A DNA stretch of 64,000 nucleotides from Bacillota bacterium (GTDB taxonomy: Bacteria > Bacillota > Sulfobacillia > DUMF01), in assembly GCA_012840015.1 (NCBI GenBank), contig DUMF01000017.1:16376-80375 (forward strand), in the 5' to 3' direction. Position 1 is the stretch's first letter; every line of letters begins with the position of its first letter. This document shows, one piece after another, positions 10,484-20,944 of this stretch. A model generated the notes under the pieces. The model did no database searches and had not been told where the DNA came from. It was given only the letters and a program-made list of their open reading frames with translations. Made by a program: the position numbers and the translations under genes.

Positions 10484-10954
10484 ATGGCAAATCTATGTGA
10501 CTTAATCGAACAGTATATCTTGAGTCTCCTTGAAGAGGCCTCTGGAAGCGTCGAGCTTCAAAGGAAAGAATTGGCTAGGGAGTTCGGTTGCGTGCCATCC
10601 CAGATAACGTACGTCCTGGAAACCAGGTTCACCACTGAGCGTGGATACGTGGTAGAAAGCAGGCGTGGCGGGGGTGGCCACATCAGGATCGTGCGCCTCA
10701 GGAGCTCCGGGCTGCCTGGTGCCTTGAGGGAGTGGTACAGAGAGATAGGTAACTCCCTTTCCAGGGTGAGCGCGTTTCACTGGGTCGATCGCCTGGTGTG
10801 GGAAGGGCTGATTTCTGACAGAGAGGCGCTGCTGTTACGTTCGGCTCTCGAGCACTGCGATGATCTCGGGGACGAAGGAACTGCGGCTATGGTCAGGGCA
10901 GCTTGGCTCAAAGGCATTCTCAAAGGTCTCTGGAGAATGAGGAGTGGTGAATGA
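10484..10954 (+). CDS. ctsR: Transcriptional repressor CtsR
   Basis: The N-terminus MANLCDLIEQYILSLLEE…ITYVLETRFTTERGY is the canonical CtsR HTH. It is first in the ctsR-mcsA-mcsB-clpC order. Confidence 0.85.
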   Translation: MANLCDLIEQYILSLLEEASGSVELQRKELAREFGCVPSQITYVLETRFTTERGYVVESRRGGGGHIRIVRLRSSGLPGALREWYREIGNSLSRVSAFHWVDRLVWEGLISDREALLLRSALEHCDDLGDEGTAAMVRAAWLKGILKGLWRMRSGE

Positions 10955-11454
10955 TGCTTTGTAACAGGTGCGGGAAAAACCCCGCCTCGGTACACGTGCA
11001 GACGATCATCAACGGTGTTAAAACCGAATACGACCTGTGTGATGCTTGTGCGCACGAAGAGGGCTATATCAGCATGTTCCACCCGTTCACTTCGGGTGCG
11101 GGTAACTTCGTGAGTGCTTTTTTGGAAGGAATGCCGTGGACGGGTACTGTGTCCAAACCCGAGCAATGCCCGGTTTGCGGCTGGAGCTACGACGAGTTCG
11201 CGCGTACAGGCTTCGTGGGTTGCCAATCCTGCTATGAGAAGTTCGGGAAAAGGATGGAGGGGGTACTCCGCAGGATACACGGAGCAACGAGACACGTGGG
11301 CAAGACACCTGGTTGGCGCAAGCCCACTGGTGATACGAAACTTGATGCTTTAAAAGCAGAGTTGGAAGAAGCCATTCGCAAAGAAGAATACGAGCGGGCT
11401 GCCGTTCTGCGGGATCAGATCAAGGAGCTCGAGAAGAAGTCGCTATCGCATTGA
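10951..11454 (+). CDS. mcsA: Protein-arginine kinase activator McsA (zinc fingers + UVR domain)
   Basis: Two CxxC zinc-finger pairs at the N-terminus and a C-terminal UVR motif (LKAELEEAIRKEEYERAAVLRDQIKEL). Confidence 0.8.
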   Translation: MMLCNRCGKNPASVHVQTIINGVKTEYDLCDACAHEEGYISMFHPFTSGAGNFVSAFLEGMPWTGTVSKPEQCPVCGWSYDEFARTGFVGCQSCYEKFGKRMEGVLRRIHGATRHVGKTPGWRKPTGDTKLDALKAELEEAIRKEEYERAAVLRDQIKELEKKSLSH

Positions 11455-12536
11455 AGGAGATTGGGGGGCGGCGTGTGGACCTGGATACCGTATTGAATCG
11501 TCCGTGGTCTGGGTGGAGCAAGGATGATGGGCCCGATACCGATGTAGTCCTGTCCAGTCGAATTAGGTTGGCCAGAAACCTGGAAGGGGTGCCGTTCCCC
11601 GTGGCCATGAAGGGGGAACATCTCACTGCTGTAATGGCTGCGGCGGAACGCGTTGTGGAAAGCCTCAATTCTGGAGCAGGCCTCGGACGATATAGCTTGA
11701 TAGCCATCAAAGACCTGAGGCAACTTGACAGAGCTGTACTCGTAGAGAAGCACCTAATGAGCCCACAACATGCTAGTAATGAGAAATATGGTGCGCTGAT
11801 ATTGAGAGAAGACGAATGCGTAAGCATCATGGTGAACGAAGAGGACCACTTTAGAATACAGACTCTCTCTTCTGGACTCCAACTACCGGAAACCTTAAGG
11901 CTTGCCAATGTAGTCGACGATGCCATGGACAGAGTGGTCAGGTACGCTTTCTCGCCGCAGATAGGCTACCTTACGTGCTGCCCGACCAACGTGGGGACCG
12001 GTTTGAGGGGTTCGGTCATGGTGCACGTTCCAGCCCTCGCTTTGACCGGGCAGGCCGGATCCGTATTATCTGCTGTGGGCAAGCTCGGGCTTGTGGTGCG
12101 CGGACTATACGGGGAAGGCAGCGAAGCGGCGGGTAACGTCTTCCAGATATCCAATCAGGTATCTCTGGGGCAAACTGAAGGAGACATTGTGGCGAACCTG
12201 AGCGGGATTGCCAGAAGGATCATTGACCAAGAGAGAGACGCCAGGGCCAGATTGATAAACGGTATACGAATGCAGTTAGAAGATAGGGTGTTCAGAGCGT
12301 TCGGAGTGATGAAAAACGCGAGGATTATGAGTTCCGCGGAAGCCTTGAGGCTATGGTCCGATATAAGGCTCGGTATTTGTGCGGGGCTTATCATGGGGAT
12401 ACCATTGGCCAAGTTGGATGAGTTACTGGTAATGTCCAGGCCCGGGTATATCCAGAGGACTGCGGGCCGGGAGATGGAGCCTTCTGAGAGAGACATAACC
12501 CGAGCCAATATGATCAGAAAGCTATTGGAGGTGTAA
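11451..12536 (+). CDS. mcsB: Protein arginine kinase McsB (ATP:guanido phosphotransferase)
   Basis: Phosphagen-kinase active-site CPTNVGTGLR is present. Length 361 aa. Confidence 0.85.
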   Translation: MKEIGGRRVDLDTVLNRPWSGWSKDDGPDTDVVLSSRIRLARNLEGVPFPVAMKGEHLTAVMAAAERVVESLNSGAGLGRYSLIAIKDLRQLDRAVLVEKHLMSPQHASNEKYGALILREDECVSIMVNEEDHFRIQTLSSGLQLPETLRLANVVDDAMDRVVRYAFSPQIGYLTCCPTNVGTGLRGSVMVHVPALALTGQAGSVLSAVGKLGLVVRGLYGEGSEAAGNVFQISNQVSLGQTEGDIVANLSGIARRIIDQERDARARLINGIRMQLEDRVFRAFGVMKNARIMSSAEALRLWSDIRLGICAGLIMGIPLAKLDELLVMSRPGYIQRTAGREMEPSERDITRANMIRKLLEV

Positions 12537-12539
12537 GCG

Positions 12540-15029
12540 ATGTTCGGAAGATTCACGGAACGGGCCCAGAGGGTGCTGTATTTGGCGAAAGAAGAGGCCC
12601 AAAACCTTGGTCATGACTACGTAGGCACAGAGCATTTGCTCTTGGGATTGATCAGAGAAGGTAACAGTATTGCCGCGCGTGTGCTCAATTCAATGGGTGT
12701 CGACCTCAATAGGGTCAGGCAGGAGATAGAGCAAATCATACCTCGGGGACAGCCGAAGGATATGGGCGATCAAATCGCGATCACTCCCCGCACCAAAACA
12801 GTACTGGAGCTTGCAGGGGAAGAGGCCAGGATGCTTGGCCACAATTACATTGGTACGGAACACCTGTTGCTTGGGCTGGTCAGGGAAGGAGAAGGAGTTG
12901 GAGCTCAGGTCTTGGCCAGGATGGGAGTTAACCTAGAAGCGGTGAGGGCTCAAGTGATGCAAGTGCTGAGCGGGCAAGTCCCGGCTCCGGGAGCGCCCGC
13001 AGGAGGGACTCCTGGCGTGGCTGCCGGTAAGTCTAGAAAAGCTACTCCTACTGTGGATTCTTACGGCAGAGATTTGAGTAGGCTCGCTTCCGAGAATAAG
13101 CTCGACCCAGTCATAGGGCGTGACAAAGAGATCCAAAGGGTAATCCAGATCCTTAGCCGGAGGACCAAAAACAATCCGGTTCTCATCGGCGATCCTGGAG
13201 TAGGCAAGACGGCGATCGTGGAGGGACTCGCTCAGAAGATCGCGGAGGGGAAAGTGCCTGAAATCTTGAGGAATAGAAGAGTGGTAGCACTCGATCTTCC
13301 TTCGCTGGTGGCGGGTACTAAGTACCGGGGTGAATTCGAAGAGCGCCTTAAGAAGGTAATGGACGAGATACGCAGCGCCGGTAACATCATCCTGTTCATA
13401 GACGAGATGCATACAATCATCGGCGCCGGGGCGGCGGAAGGCGCGATTGACGCCTCCAACATCCTGAAACCAGCGCTGGCCAGGGGAGAGCTCCAGTGCA
13501 TTGGAGCTACGACGCTGGATGAGTACCGCAAACACGTCGAGAAGGACCCGGCTTTGGAAAGGCGGTTCCAGCCAATAATAGTGTCTGAACCTAGTGTAGA
13601 GGAGACCATCGCGATATTGCAGGGACTGCGTGACAGATACGAGGCACATCACAGGGTACAGATTACCGATGAGGCCATAATGGCGGCGGCAAAGCTTTCG
13701 GACAGGTACGTGACCGACAGGTATTTGCCAGACAAAGCAATCGACTTGATCGACGAAGCCGCTTCCAAGGTACGCTTATCTTCGTTCGAAGCGCCGCCTG
13801 ACATAAAGGCCATGGAGGAAAAGCTCGAGGCGCTGCACAAGGAGAAGGAGGCTGCAGTAGGTGCCCAAGAATTTGAGAAGGCGGCCCGCCTGCGGGACGA
13901 AGAAAAGAAACTCTCGGAGAAGCTAGAAAAGGCCAAGAGCGAGTGGCAACAGAAGCAGGTTACGGCGAAGAGTGTGGTTACAGAAGAGACGGTGGCCGAA
14001 GTAGTCTCTGCCTGGACCGGCATACCCGTAAGTAGGTTGGCTGAAGAAGAAACACAGCGCTTGCTCCGATTGGAAGAGGAACTACACAAGAGGATAGTGG
14101 GTCAAGATGAGGCGGTAACTGCAGTAGCCAGGGCGGTGAGGCGTGCCAGATCTGGATTGAAAGACCCCAAGCGGCCAATAGGTTCGTTCATTTTCCTCGG
14201 GCCAACTGGAGTTGGTAAGACCGAGCTGGCCAGGGCACTCGCCGAAGCTCTCTTCGGTGACGAAGATGCCATGATACGCTTGGATATGTCGGAATATATG
14301 GAGCGTCACACCGTATCCAGGTTGGTAGGTGCTCCACCGGGATATGTAGGGTACGAAGAAGGCGGTCAGCTCACAGAAGCGGTCAGACGCAGGCCCTATT
14401 CGGTAGTGCTCCTCGATGAGATCGAAAAGGCACACCCAGAGGTCTTCAATATACTTCTGCAGGTGCTCGAGGACGGGCGACTGACTGAGGCCAAAGGCAG
14501 GACGGTCGATTTCAGGAATACTGTAATCATCATGACATCGAATGTCGGTGCAGAGCAGATCAGGGGAGCAGGAGTGGTAGGCTTCAGGCCAGCGCATGAC
14601 GAAGAGGCAAGTTATGAAGACATGAAATCGAGGATAATGGAACAGGTGAAGCGCACATTCAGGCCGGAGTTCATCAACAGAGTCGACGAAATCATCGTAT
14701 TCCGGTCCCTCACGGACGAGGATCTAAGGAAGATAGTGAAGCTCATGATCTCCCAGGTCAGTAAGAGACTGGGCGAAAACGGCATGGAACTTCATGTGAC
14801 ACAAGCAGCAGAGGATGTGCTTTTGAAAGAGGGCATTGATCCCACGTACGGCGCGAGACCTCTGCGAAGAGCGATCCAGCGGCTAGTGGAAGATCCGCTT
14901 GCAGAAGAGATCCTGGCTGGTAAGTTCAAGGAAGAGGACAGGGTGCTGGTGGATGCGACGCCTGAGGGGAAGTTGACCTTCTCCAAGTATGGGGAAAAGG
15001 CTGGGGAGGCGACTAACGCTGAAAAGTAA
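12540..15029 (+). CDS. clpC: ATP-dependent Clp protease ATP-binding subunit ClpC
   Basis: A duplicated Clp N-domain, two AAA+ modules (GDPGVGKT; GPTGVGKTE), an intervening UVR motif and a ClpP-docking loop. Length 829 aa. Confidence 0.9.
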   Translation: MFGRFTERAQRVLYLAKEEAQNLGHDYVGTEHLLLGLIREGNSIAARVLNSMGVDLNRVRQEIEQIIPRGQPKDMGDQIAITPRTKTVLELAGEEARMLGHNYIGTEHLLLGLVREGEGVGAQVLARMGVNLEAVRAQVMQVLSGQVPAPGAPAGGTPGVAAGKSRKATPTVDSYGRDLSRLASENKLDPVIGRDKEIQRVIQILSRRTKNNPVLIGDPGVGKTAIVEGLAQKIAEGKVPEILRNRRVVALDLPSLVAGTKYRGEFEERLKKVMDEIRSAGNIILFIDEMHTIIGAGAAEGAIDASNILKPALARGELQCIGATTLDEYRKHVEKDPALERRFQPIIVSEPSVEETIAILQGLRDRYEAHHRVQITDEAIMAAAKLSDRYVTDRYLPDKAIDLIDEAASKVRLSSFEAPPDIKAMEEKLEALHKEKEAAVGAQEFEKAARLRDEEKKLSEKLEKAKSEWQQKQVTAKSVVTEETVAEVVSAWTGIPVSRLAEEETQRLLRLEEELHKRIVGQDEAVTAVARAVRRARSGLKDPKRPIGSFIFLGPTGVGKTELARALAEALFGDEDAMIRLDMSEYMERHTVSRLVGAPPGYVGYEEGGQLTEAVRRRPYSVVLLDEIEKAHPEVFNILLQVLEDGRLTEAKGRTVDFRNTVIIMTSNVGAEQIRGAGVVGFRPAHDEEASYEDMKSRIMEQVKRTFRPEFINRVDEIIVFRSLTDEDLRKIVKLMISQVSKRLGENGMELHVTQAAEDVLLKEGIDPTYGARPLRRAIQRLVEDPLAEEILAGKFKEEDRVLVDATPEGKLTFSKYGEKAGEATNAEK

Positions 15030-16425
15030 GCCTGCATGGGGCAGATTCGTCTGTCAATCCTGCGGTTATGTGAGCCCTGCGTGGTTCGGGCGTTGCCCGG
15101 GGTGCGGGGAATGGAACTCCATACTCGAAGAGGAGCCAGAGCCGATAAAGGCGCGTGGGAAGACTTCCCACGCGCCTTCGCAGGTCCAGCCTGTGCAGAT
15201 CGATTCCATCGACATGACGCCCCAGCAGCGGTTAGATACGGGTTCAGCGGAATTCAACCGCGTATTAGGTGGAGGAGTGGTGCCAGGCTCTCTCGTGTTG
15301 CTGGGGGGCGATCCCGGTATAGGAAAATCTACACTGCTCCTTCAGGTTTGTAGGCATGTGGCCGCCACCGGGCAAAAAGTACTCTACGTTTCAGGAGAAG
15401 AAAGCGGTTCGCAAATCCGAATCAGAGCTGATCGGCTAGGCGCGCTGAGCCCGAACATATTGATACTCTCGGAGACTGAGATGGAAGAAATCGCTGTTGC
15501 AATAGAAAAAACGCAGCCATCTCTCTGCGTGGTTGATTCTATCCAAACCGTGTACTCTTCAAAATGGGAGAGCGCAGCCGGGAGCGTACAACAGATAAGA
15601 CAGAACACCGTACAGCTGATGGAAATCGCCAAGAGCGGGCGGATTCCCATATTCATCGTAGGCCATGTGACCAAAGGGGGGACCCTCGCAGGCCCAATGG
15701 TGCTAGAGCACCTGGTGGACGTGGTGCTTTATTTCGAAGGGGATCGCTCTCAGAGCTTCAGGATAGTTCGAGCTGTCAAAAACAGATTTGGCTCGACGAA
15801 CGAGATAGCCGTATTCGAGATGAGCGAGTCGGGGCTAACGGATGTAGCGGACCCGTCGCAGGTGCTCTTGGAGGACAGGTTGCAAGACACAGTCGGATCG
15901 GTGGTGTGCCCATGCCTGGAGGGTAATCGCGCATTGCTTGTGGAAGTGCAAGCCCTCACCGTCCACTCTCCATTCGGTACTCCCAGGAGGACTTTTGTAG
16001 GCCTTGACTACGGCAGGAGTGCCTTGATTGTAGCGATTGCTGAAAAACATCTCGGCCTTAAGCTGGCCACTCACGATGTTTTCGTTAAGCTGACCGGTGG
16101 GGTCAGCGTGGAGGATCCAGGAGCCGATCTGGCGGTGGCAGCAGCGATAGTGTCCAGCTATTATGAGCGGCCTATACCGTCTGATACCGTCATGTTTGGC
16201 GAATTGGGCCTTGGAGGTGAGCTGAGACCCGTGTCCGGCTCGACGCTAAGGATAAAAGAAGCCGTTAGATCTGGTTTCCGCAAGTGCTTGCTACCGAGGA
16301 CGAACTTCGAGAAGGTCAGGTTACATCTGACTGCCGAGGAACTTGACCGCATAACCTTACTCCCGGCGAAACGCGCTGCGGAAGCGCTACAGCTGTTGAA
16401 ACAGGCGCCTCCAAAAGGTGATTAA
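14989..16425 (+). CDS. radA: DNA repair protein RadA (Sms)
   Basis: An N-terminal C4 zinc finger ([23 protein letters not shown]), the RecA-like Walker [10 protein letters not shown] and a C-terminal Lon-protease-like domain. The true start may lie a few codons downstream of 14989, where the ORF overlaps the clpC 3' end. Confidence 0.85.
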   Translation: MGKRLGRRLTLKSKPAWGRFVCQSCGYVSPAWFGRCPGCGEWNSILEEEPEPIKARGKTSHAPSQVQPVQIDSIDMTPQQRLDTGSAEFNRVLGGGVVPGSLVLLGGDPGIGKSTLLLQVCRHVAATGQKVLYVSGEESGSQIRIRADRLGALSPNILILSETEMEEIAVAIEKTQPSLCVVDSIQTVYSSKWESAAGSVQQIRQNTVQLMEIAKSGRIPIFIVGHVTKGGTLAGPMVLEHLVDVVLYFEGDRSQSFRIVRAVKNRFGSTNEIAVFEMSESGLTDVADPSQVLLEDRLQDTVGSVVCPCLEGNRALLVEVQALTVHSPFGTPRRTFVGLDYGRSALIVAIAEKHLGLKLATHDVFVKLTGGVSVEDPGADLAVAAAIVSSYYERPIPSDTVMFGELGLGGELRPVSGSTLRIKEAVRSGFRKCLLPRTNFEKVRLHLTAEELDRITLLPAKRAAEALQLLKQAPPKGD

Positions 16426-16817
16426 CAGAGCTTATAGACTCCGAGAAGCGCGGATTTCTCTTGCTCCTTGAGGATTATGTCGTAAAGGTTTAGATCTAAA
16501 AGGTTACACAGAGCTGCGAGGTAAAAGAGCATGGACCCAATCTCGGTTTCTAAGACATCGCGGCACTGATCACAGAGTTCTCCCTCTATGTGAGTACCTA
16601 AATGGGATTTAAGCTGCTCCATGCAAATCTCACAAGGGAAACGTTGTCGACTGGCGTTTATTTTAATGCAACCACACGAGGTAACGGACTTGGCTACTGC
16701 CCTATTCACTCTAGCGGTGGCTTCTTGGAGTTTGGTAATTACGTCCAATATGCTACGATGCCTTACCAGACATTCACTGACTGTCTCCTGAAAACCATCG
16801 CATAGGAGGTCCTTCAT
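16422..16817 (-). CDS. Hypothetical Cys-rich small protein (131 aa)
   Basis: ATG at 16817 is preceded by GAGGTG. Multiple Cys pairs (CGC…CEIC…CDQC) are present. No confident family assignment. Confidence 0.35.
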   Translation of the reverse strand: MKDLLCDGFQETVSECLVRHRSILDVITKLQEATARVNRAVAKSVTSCGCIKINASRQRFPCEICMEQLKSHLGTHIEGELCDQCRDVLETEIGSMLFYLAALCNLLDLNLYDIILKEQEKSALLGVYKLC

Positions 16818-16838
16818 GATGTCACCTCGTTGAAAAAA

Positions 16839-16913
16839 TGGTGGACGTGGCGGGATTCGAACCCGCGACCTTTCGGATGCGAACCGAATGCTCTCCCACT
16901 GAGCCACACGCCC
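16839..16913 (-). tRNA. tRNA-Ala (anticodon CGC)
   Basis: Reverse complement GGGCGTGTGGCTCAGTGGGAGAGCATTCGGTTCGCATCCGAAAGGTCGCGGGTTCGAATCCCGCCACGTCCACCA folds as a cloverleaf. It has the G3:U70 alanine identity pair, A73 discriminator, anticodon loop TTCGCAT and an encoded CCA. Confidence 0.8.
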
Positions 16914-17254
16914 ACGCTTCGAATGAATTCACAACTAATTCTACATTTGCGCTGAAAGCTTAGTCAAGCGAACACAGAAATCACCATGATTGCTAAAACT
17001 TACAACCAGGTGAGTGCCTGAGCTGTCGGGCTTCACGTAAAAGTAAGGCGCATGGCAGCTGCTTAAAGTAGGGTATTGCCGAGAGCTAGATGCCTCACCG
17101 CGCCCTATCTAACTGTCATATAAAGTTACGCGTAAAAAGAGCAGTGGCCATGTGAGAATAATCGTTACGGATATCACAATTGACTTTGGCCGGGTCAGCG
17201 GATACCATAAATAGGGTACTTAGCTGATTTTAGCAGCCGCTGGAGGGATGGCCA

Positions 17255-18856
17255 TTGGGGTGTACCGTGTTTTGCGGCGCCCGGTTCTATACGATGGACG
17301 CCAGCAATCCAGTGGTAAGTGCTCTGGGCGTTCGAGACGGTAAAATAGTGGCTGCTGGCAGCGTAGAAGCTGTCAAGCGGGCCGTGGGGCGAGGTTGCCA
17401 GGAAATCGAGGTGCCTGGTCCCGCGGCCATTCCTGGTTTGACAGATTGCCACGTTCATTTCGGTGACTTCGCGTTGCGGTTCCTCCGGCTAAATCTGGAG
17501 GGACTCAATTTCCGGCAGATCCTCGAGAAAGTGGCAGGGGAAGCACGGCAGACCAAAGGAAGATGGATCGTTGGAAGCGGTTGGGATGGTAACGGCTGGG
17601 GTCGCGATGAGCGGCCAACTAAGGAGGCCCTCGATGTTGTCGCTCAGGGTCACCCCGTGGCGCTCCTGAGCAAGGACGAACATACCCTTTGGGTGAACTC
17701 AGCCGCGCTTCGCGAGGTAGGGATAGACGAATCGACAGAAGACCCTCCGGGGGGGCGTATTTGTCGAGATGAAGCTACCGGTGAGATCACCGGGTTACTG
17801 AGAGAAAACGCTGTAGCGATGATATGGTCTTCGATACCCGATCCCGAGCCACACGAAGTGCTTCGAGCTTTTCGCAGGGCGCAGAAGCTTGCCAACTCTC
17901 TAGGCCTTACGGGCGTCCACGTGCCTGAAGGAGCTCGCACGTTGCAAGCTTTTCAGGAGCTCAGAAGCTCAGGTGAACTGAGTCTAAGGGTATACATGAT
18001 GATTCCGGGAAAACGGTTGGATGACCTTATACGCCTCGGAATCCGGACTGGTTTGGGAGATGAAATGATAAGGCTCGGCCACTTGAAACTGTTCGCGGAT
18101 GGGTCGCTGGGTTCCCAGACAGCCTTACTGTTAGAACCTTACGAAGGTGAACAGTCGGTCGGGATAGAAGTATTGAGCAAGTCGGAGATGGTAAGCCTGT
18201 TCAAGCGTGCTTCCTCCAAAGGCATTGCTGTGGCGATACACGCTATAGGCGATGCGGCGAATCGAAACGCTTTGGACGCATTCGAAAGTGTTAAGGAGCT
18301 CAGTAGTGCTGCGGGTCTACGCCATAGGATAGAACACGCCCAGCTATTGCATCCCGGTGATATTCCAAGGTTTGCGAGGTTGGGCATAACCGCATCGATG
18401 CAGCCAGTACATGCCACTTCGGATAGGTATATCGCGGAGCGACATTGGGGCAGCCGGAGCGCGAACGCTTACTGCTTCAGGTCTCTGCTTCAATCGGGGG
18501 CGAAGCTTTGCTTTGGATCGGATGGGCCTGTGGAGACGATCGATCCTCTCAAGGGCGTGTATGCTGCTGCCGTGAGGAAGCGCGAGACAGAACCCGAGAG
18601 CGAGCCCTGGTACCCGGCTGAGAGAATCAGCGTGTACGATGCTGTGTATGCTTATACGGCAGGAGCAGCCCACGCATCGGGCGAAGAGAACTGCAGAGGT
18701 ATGTTGAAACCGGGGTTCCTCGCGGATTTTGTTGTGCTTTCTCGCGATATATTCAAGGAGGATCCAGAAGAGATAAAACGGACAAGGGTCACTATGACGG
18801 TCTTGGGCGGGAACATAGTGTGGGATGACCTAAATCAGTCTGAGGGGGAAAGCTGA
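17255..18856 (+). CDS. Amidohydrolase-family metal-dependent hydrolase (Amidohydro_3-like)
   Basis: 533 aa with metal-binding HVHFGD near the N-terminus and a TIM-barrel amidohydrolase pattern. Confidence 0.6.
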   Translation: MGCTVFCGARFYTMDASNPVVSALGVRDGKIVAAGSVEAVKRAVGRGCQEIEVPGPAAIPGLTDCHVHFGDFALRFLRLNLEGLNFRQILEKVAGEARQTKGRWIVGSGWDGNGWGRDERPTKEALDVVAQGHPVALLSKDEHTLWVNSAALREVGIDESTEDPPGGRICRDEATGEITGLLRENAVAMIWSSIPDPEPHEVLRAFRRAQKLANSLGLTGVHVPEGARTLQAFQELRSSGELSLRVYMMIPGKRLDDLIRLGIRTGLGDEMIRLGHLKLFADGSLGSQTALLLEPYEGEQSVGIEVLSKSEMVSLFKRASSKGIAVAIHAIGDAANRNALDAFESVKELSSAAGLRHRIEHAQLLHPGDIPRFARLGITASMQPVHATSDRYIAERHWGSRSANAYCFRSLLQSGAKLCFGSDGPVETIDPLKGVYAAAVRKRETEPESEPWYPAERISVYDAVYAYTAGAAHASGEENCRGMLKPGFLADFVVLSRDIFKEDPEEIKRTRVTMTVLGGNIVWDDLNQSEGES

Positions 18857-20907
18857 TGAAACAATACGCCACATCCATGCTGAGAAATGTTGGCCTGGTA
18901 TCCCATGGCGGTGCCGGGAAGACTTCCCTGGCGGAAGCCATGCTTTTTGCGGCGGGTACCATAGACAGGCTAGGTAAGACCGATGAAGGCAACACTACAA
19001 TGGACTTCGACCCTGAAGAGGTCAAAAGAAAAGTGTCGATCAATACATCGCTGGCGCCCGCCGAATGGGAAGGCCATAAGATAAACATCGTGGACACCCC
19101 CGGGTACTTCGATTTCGTCGGGGAGGTAAAGGCAGCGCTTACCGTCGTGGACGGAGTGCTTGTACTTGTGGATGCGGTGGCCGGCGTTGAGGTAGGTACG
19201 GAAATCGTCTGGGAATATGCCAGTAAGGCCAATTTGCCCCGCCTGATAGTGATCAACAAGATGGATCGTGAAAACGCGAATTTCGAAAAGGCACTCGAAT
19301 CATGCCGTGCCAGCTTCGGGAAGTCTGTACTGCCAGTCGCCCTTCCTATCGGTCAAGAGGCTTCTTTCAAGGGTGTGGTGGATATCATCACGGGAACATC
19401 GCCGGAAGGTGATGTCCCGGGCGAAGTAAAGAAGGCCGTGGAGGAGTACCGTACACAGCTAATCGAAGCTGCAGCGGAATCTGACGACGACCTGCTGACG
19501 AAGTATCTGGACGGGAACGAGCTTACTCCCGATGAAATATGGATGGGCCTGAGGAAGGGAGTAGCTGCAGGCAAGGTTTTCCCTGTAACCTGTTCCTCCG
19601 GGCTTAAGAGCCTGGGAGTTAAGACTCTCATGGGGCTGATCACGAGGCTGCTCCCATCGCCTGCCGATATGAAGGGTGTTGTGGGTAAAACGCCCACTGG
19701 TGAGGAAATCACCCGCCGCTGCGCTGAAGACCAGCCTTTCTCCGCTTTCGTATTCAAGACCATGGCAGACCCGTACGTAGGAAGGCTGAATCTATTCAAA
19801 GTGTGCTCCGGCAAGTTTTCGTCAGATTCAAGAGTATTCAACCCGTCCAAACAGAAGGAAGAACGAGTCGGACAGCTCTATCTGGTTAAGGGGAAGCAGC
19901 AGGAACCCGTGAGCGAGATCGTAGCGGGCGATTTGGGTGCGGTGGCCAAGCTTTCCGTCACCACCACAGGAGATACTCTGTGCGATCCTGCGAACCCAAT
20001 CATTTATCCACCCATAGAGTTTCCCGAGCCGATTTATTCCGTTGCTGTTCAGCCAAAGAGCAAGGGCGACGAAGACAAGATTTCCAGCGGCCTGACTAGG
20101 CTCACTGAAGAGGACCCAACGATTAAGGTGGAGCGCAACGTACAAACGATGCAGACCATTCTGTCTGGCATGGGCGAACTCCATCTGGAGGTAACTACAG
20201 ATAAGCTCAAGAGAAAATTCGGGGTGGAGGTGACGCTGGACACTCCTAAGGTGCCATACAAGGAGACCATAAGAGGTACTTCGAAGGTGGAGGGCAAGCA
20301 CAAGAAACAGACCGGAGGCCGCGGACAGTACGGTCACGTTTTCCTCGAGCTTCAACCTCTTCCTGAAAGCGATTTCGAGTTCGTCGACAAGATCTTCGGT
20401 GGCGCCGTGCCAAGGCAGTATATTCCGGCTGTGGAGAAGGGTGTCCGTGAGGCCATGCAGGAAGGCGTACTGGCGGGGTACCCGGTTACGAACATCCGCG
20501 TCATCCTGTACGACGGTTCCTACCACCCGGTTGACTCTTCGGAAATGGCTTTCAAGATCGCTTCTAGCATGGCTTTCAAGAAAGGTTGCCTGGAAGCGAA
20601 GCCCGTTTTACTCGAACCGATTATGAACGTAGAAGTGATCGTCCCCGAGGTGTTCATGGGCGATGTGATGGGGGATTTGAACAAGAAGCGAGGGCGCATC
20701 CTTGGAATGGAAGCCAGGGGCGCTAACCAGGTCATCAAGGCGCTCGTGCCGCTTGCAGAGATGCGCCGGTACGCTATTGACTTGAGGTCTATAACTCAAG
20801 GTAGAGGCCTCTACACCATGAAGTTCGATCACTATGAGGAAGTTCCTGCCAATGTAGCGGAAACTATTATAGAAGAAGCGAAGAAGGAAAAAGAGGCCGA
20901 GAAATAG
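18856..20907 (+). CDS. Elongation factor G paralog (EF-G2-like translational GTPase)
   Basis: G-domain motifs GHGGAGKTS, DTPGYFDF and NKMD, followed by EF-G domains II–V. Length 683 aa. Confidence 0.8.
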   Translation: MKQYATSMLRNVGLVSHGGAGKTSLAEAMLFAAGTIDRLGKTDEGNTTMDFDPEEVKRKVSINTSLAPAEWEGHKINIVDTPGYFDFVGEVKAALTVVDGVLVLVDAVAGVEVGTEIVWEYASKANLPRLIVINKMDRENANFEKALESCRASFGKSVLPVALPIGQEASFKGVVDIITGTSPEGDVPGEVKKAVEEYRTQLIEAAAESDDDLLTKYLDGNELTPDEIWMGLRKGVAAGKVFPVTCSSGLKSLGVKTLMGLITRLLPSPADMKGVVGKTPTGEEITRRCAEDQPFSAFVFKTMADPYVGRLNLFKVCSGKFSSDSRVFNPSKQKEERVGQLYLVKGKQQEPVSEIVAGDLGAVAKLSVTTTGDTLCDPANPIIYPPIEFPEPIYSVAVQPKSKGDEDKISSGLTRLTEEDPTIKVERNVQTMQTILSGMGELHLEVTTDKLKRKFGVEVTLDTPKVPYKETIRGTSKVEGKHKKQTGGRGQYGHVFLELQPLPESDFEFVDKIFGGAVPRQYIPAVEKGVREAMQEGVLAGYPVTNIRVILYDGSYHPVDSSEMAFKIASSMAFKKGCLEAKPVLLEPIMNVEVIVPEVFMGDVMGDLNKKRGRILGMEARGANQVIKALVPLAEMRRYAIDLRSITQGRGLYTMKFDHYEEVPANVAETIIEEAKKEKEAEK

Positions 20908-20944
20908 CTGGTCATGCCATTACATAGGGGAGGAGGAGTCGGAG

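Noticed and set aside
12933-14597. Minus-strand ORFs of 239, 146 and 171 aa inside clpC
   Set aside because: They are contained within clpC, whose AAA+ motifs are unambiguous. These are shadow frames.
16426-17254. Expected disA gene after radA (Bacillus synteny)
   Set aside because: No such ORF is present. The interval holds a minus-strand small ORF, tRNA-Ala and about 340 nt of noncoding DNA. I take this as lineage-specific absence, not a missed gene.
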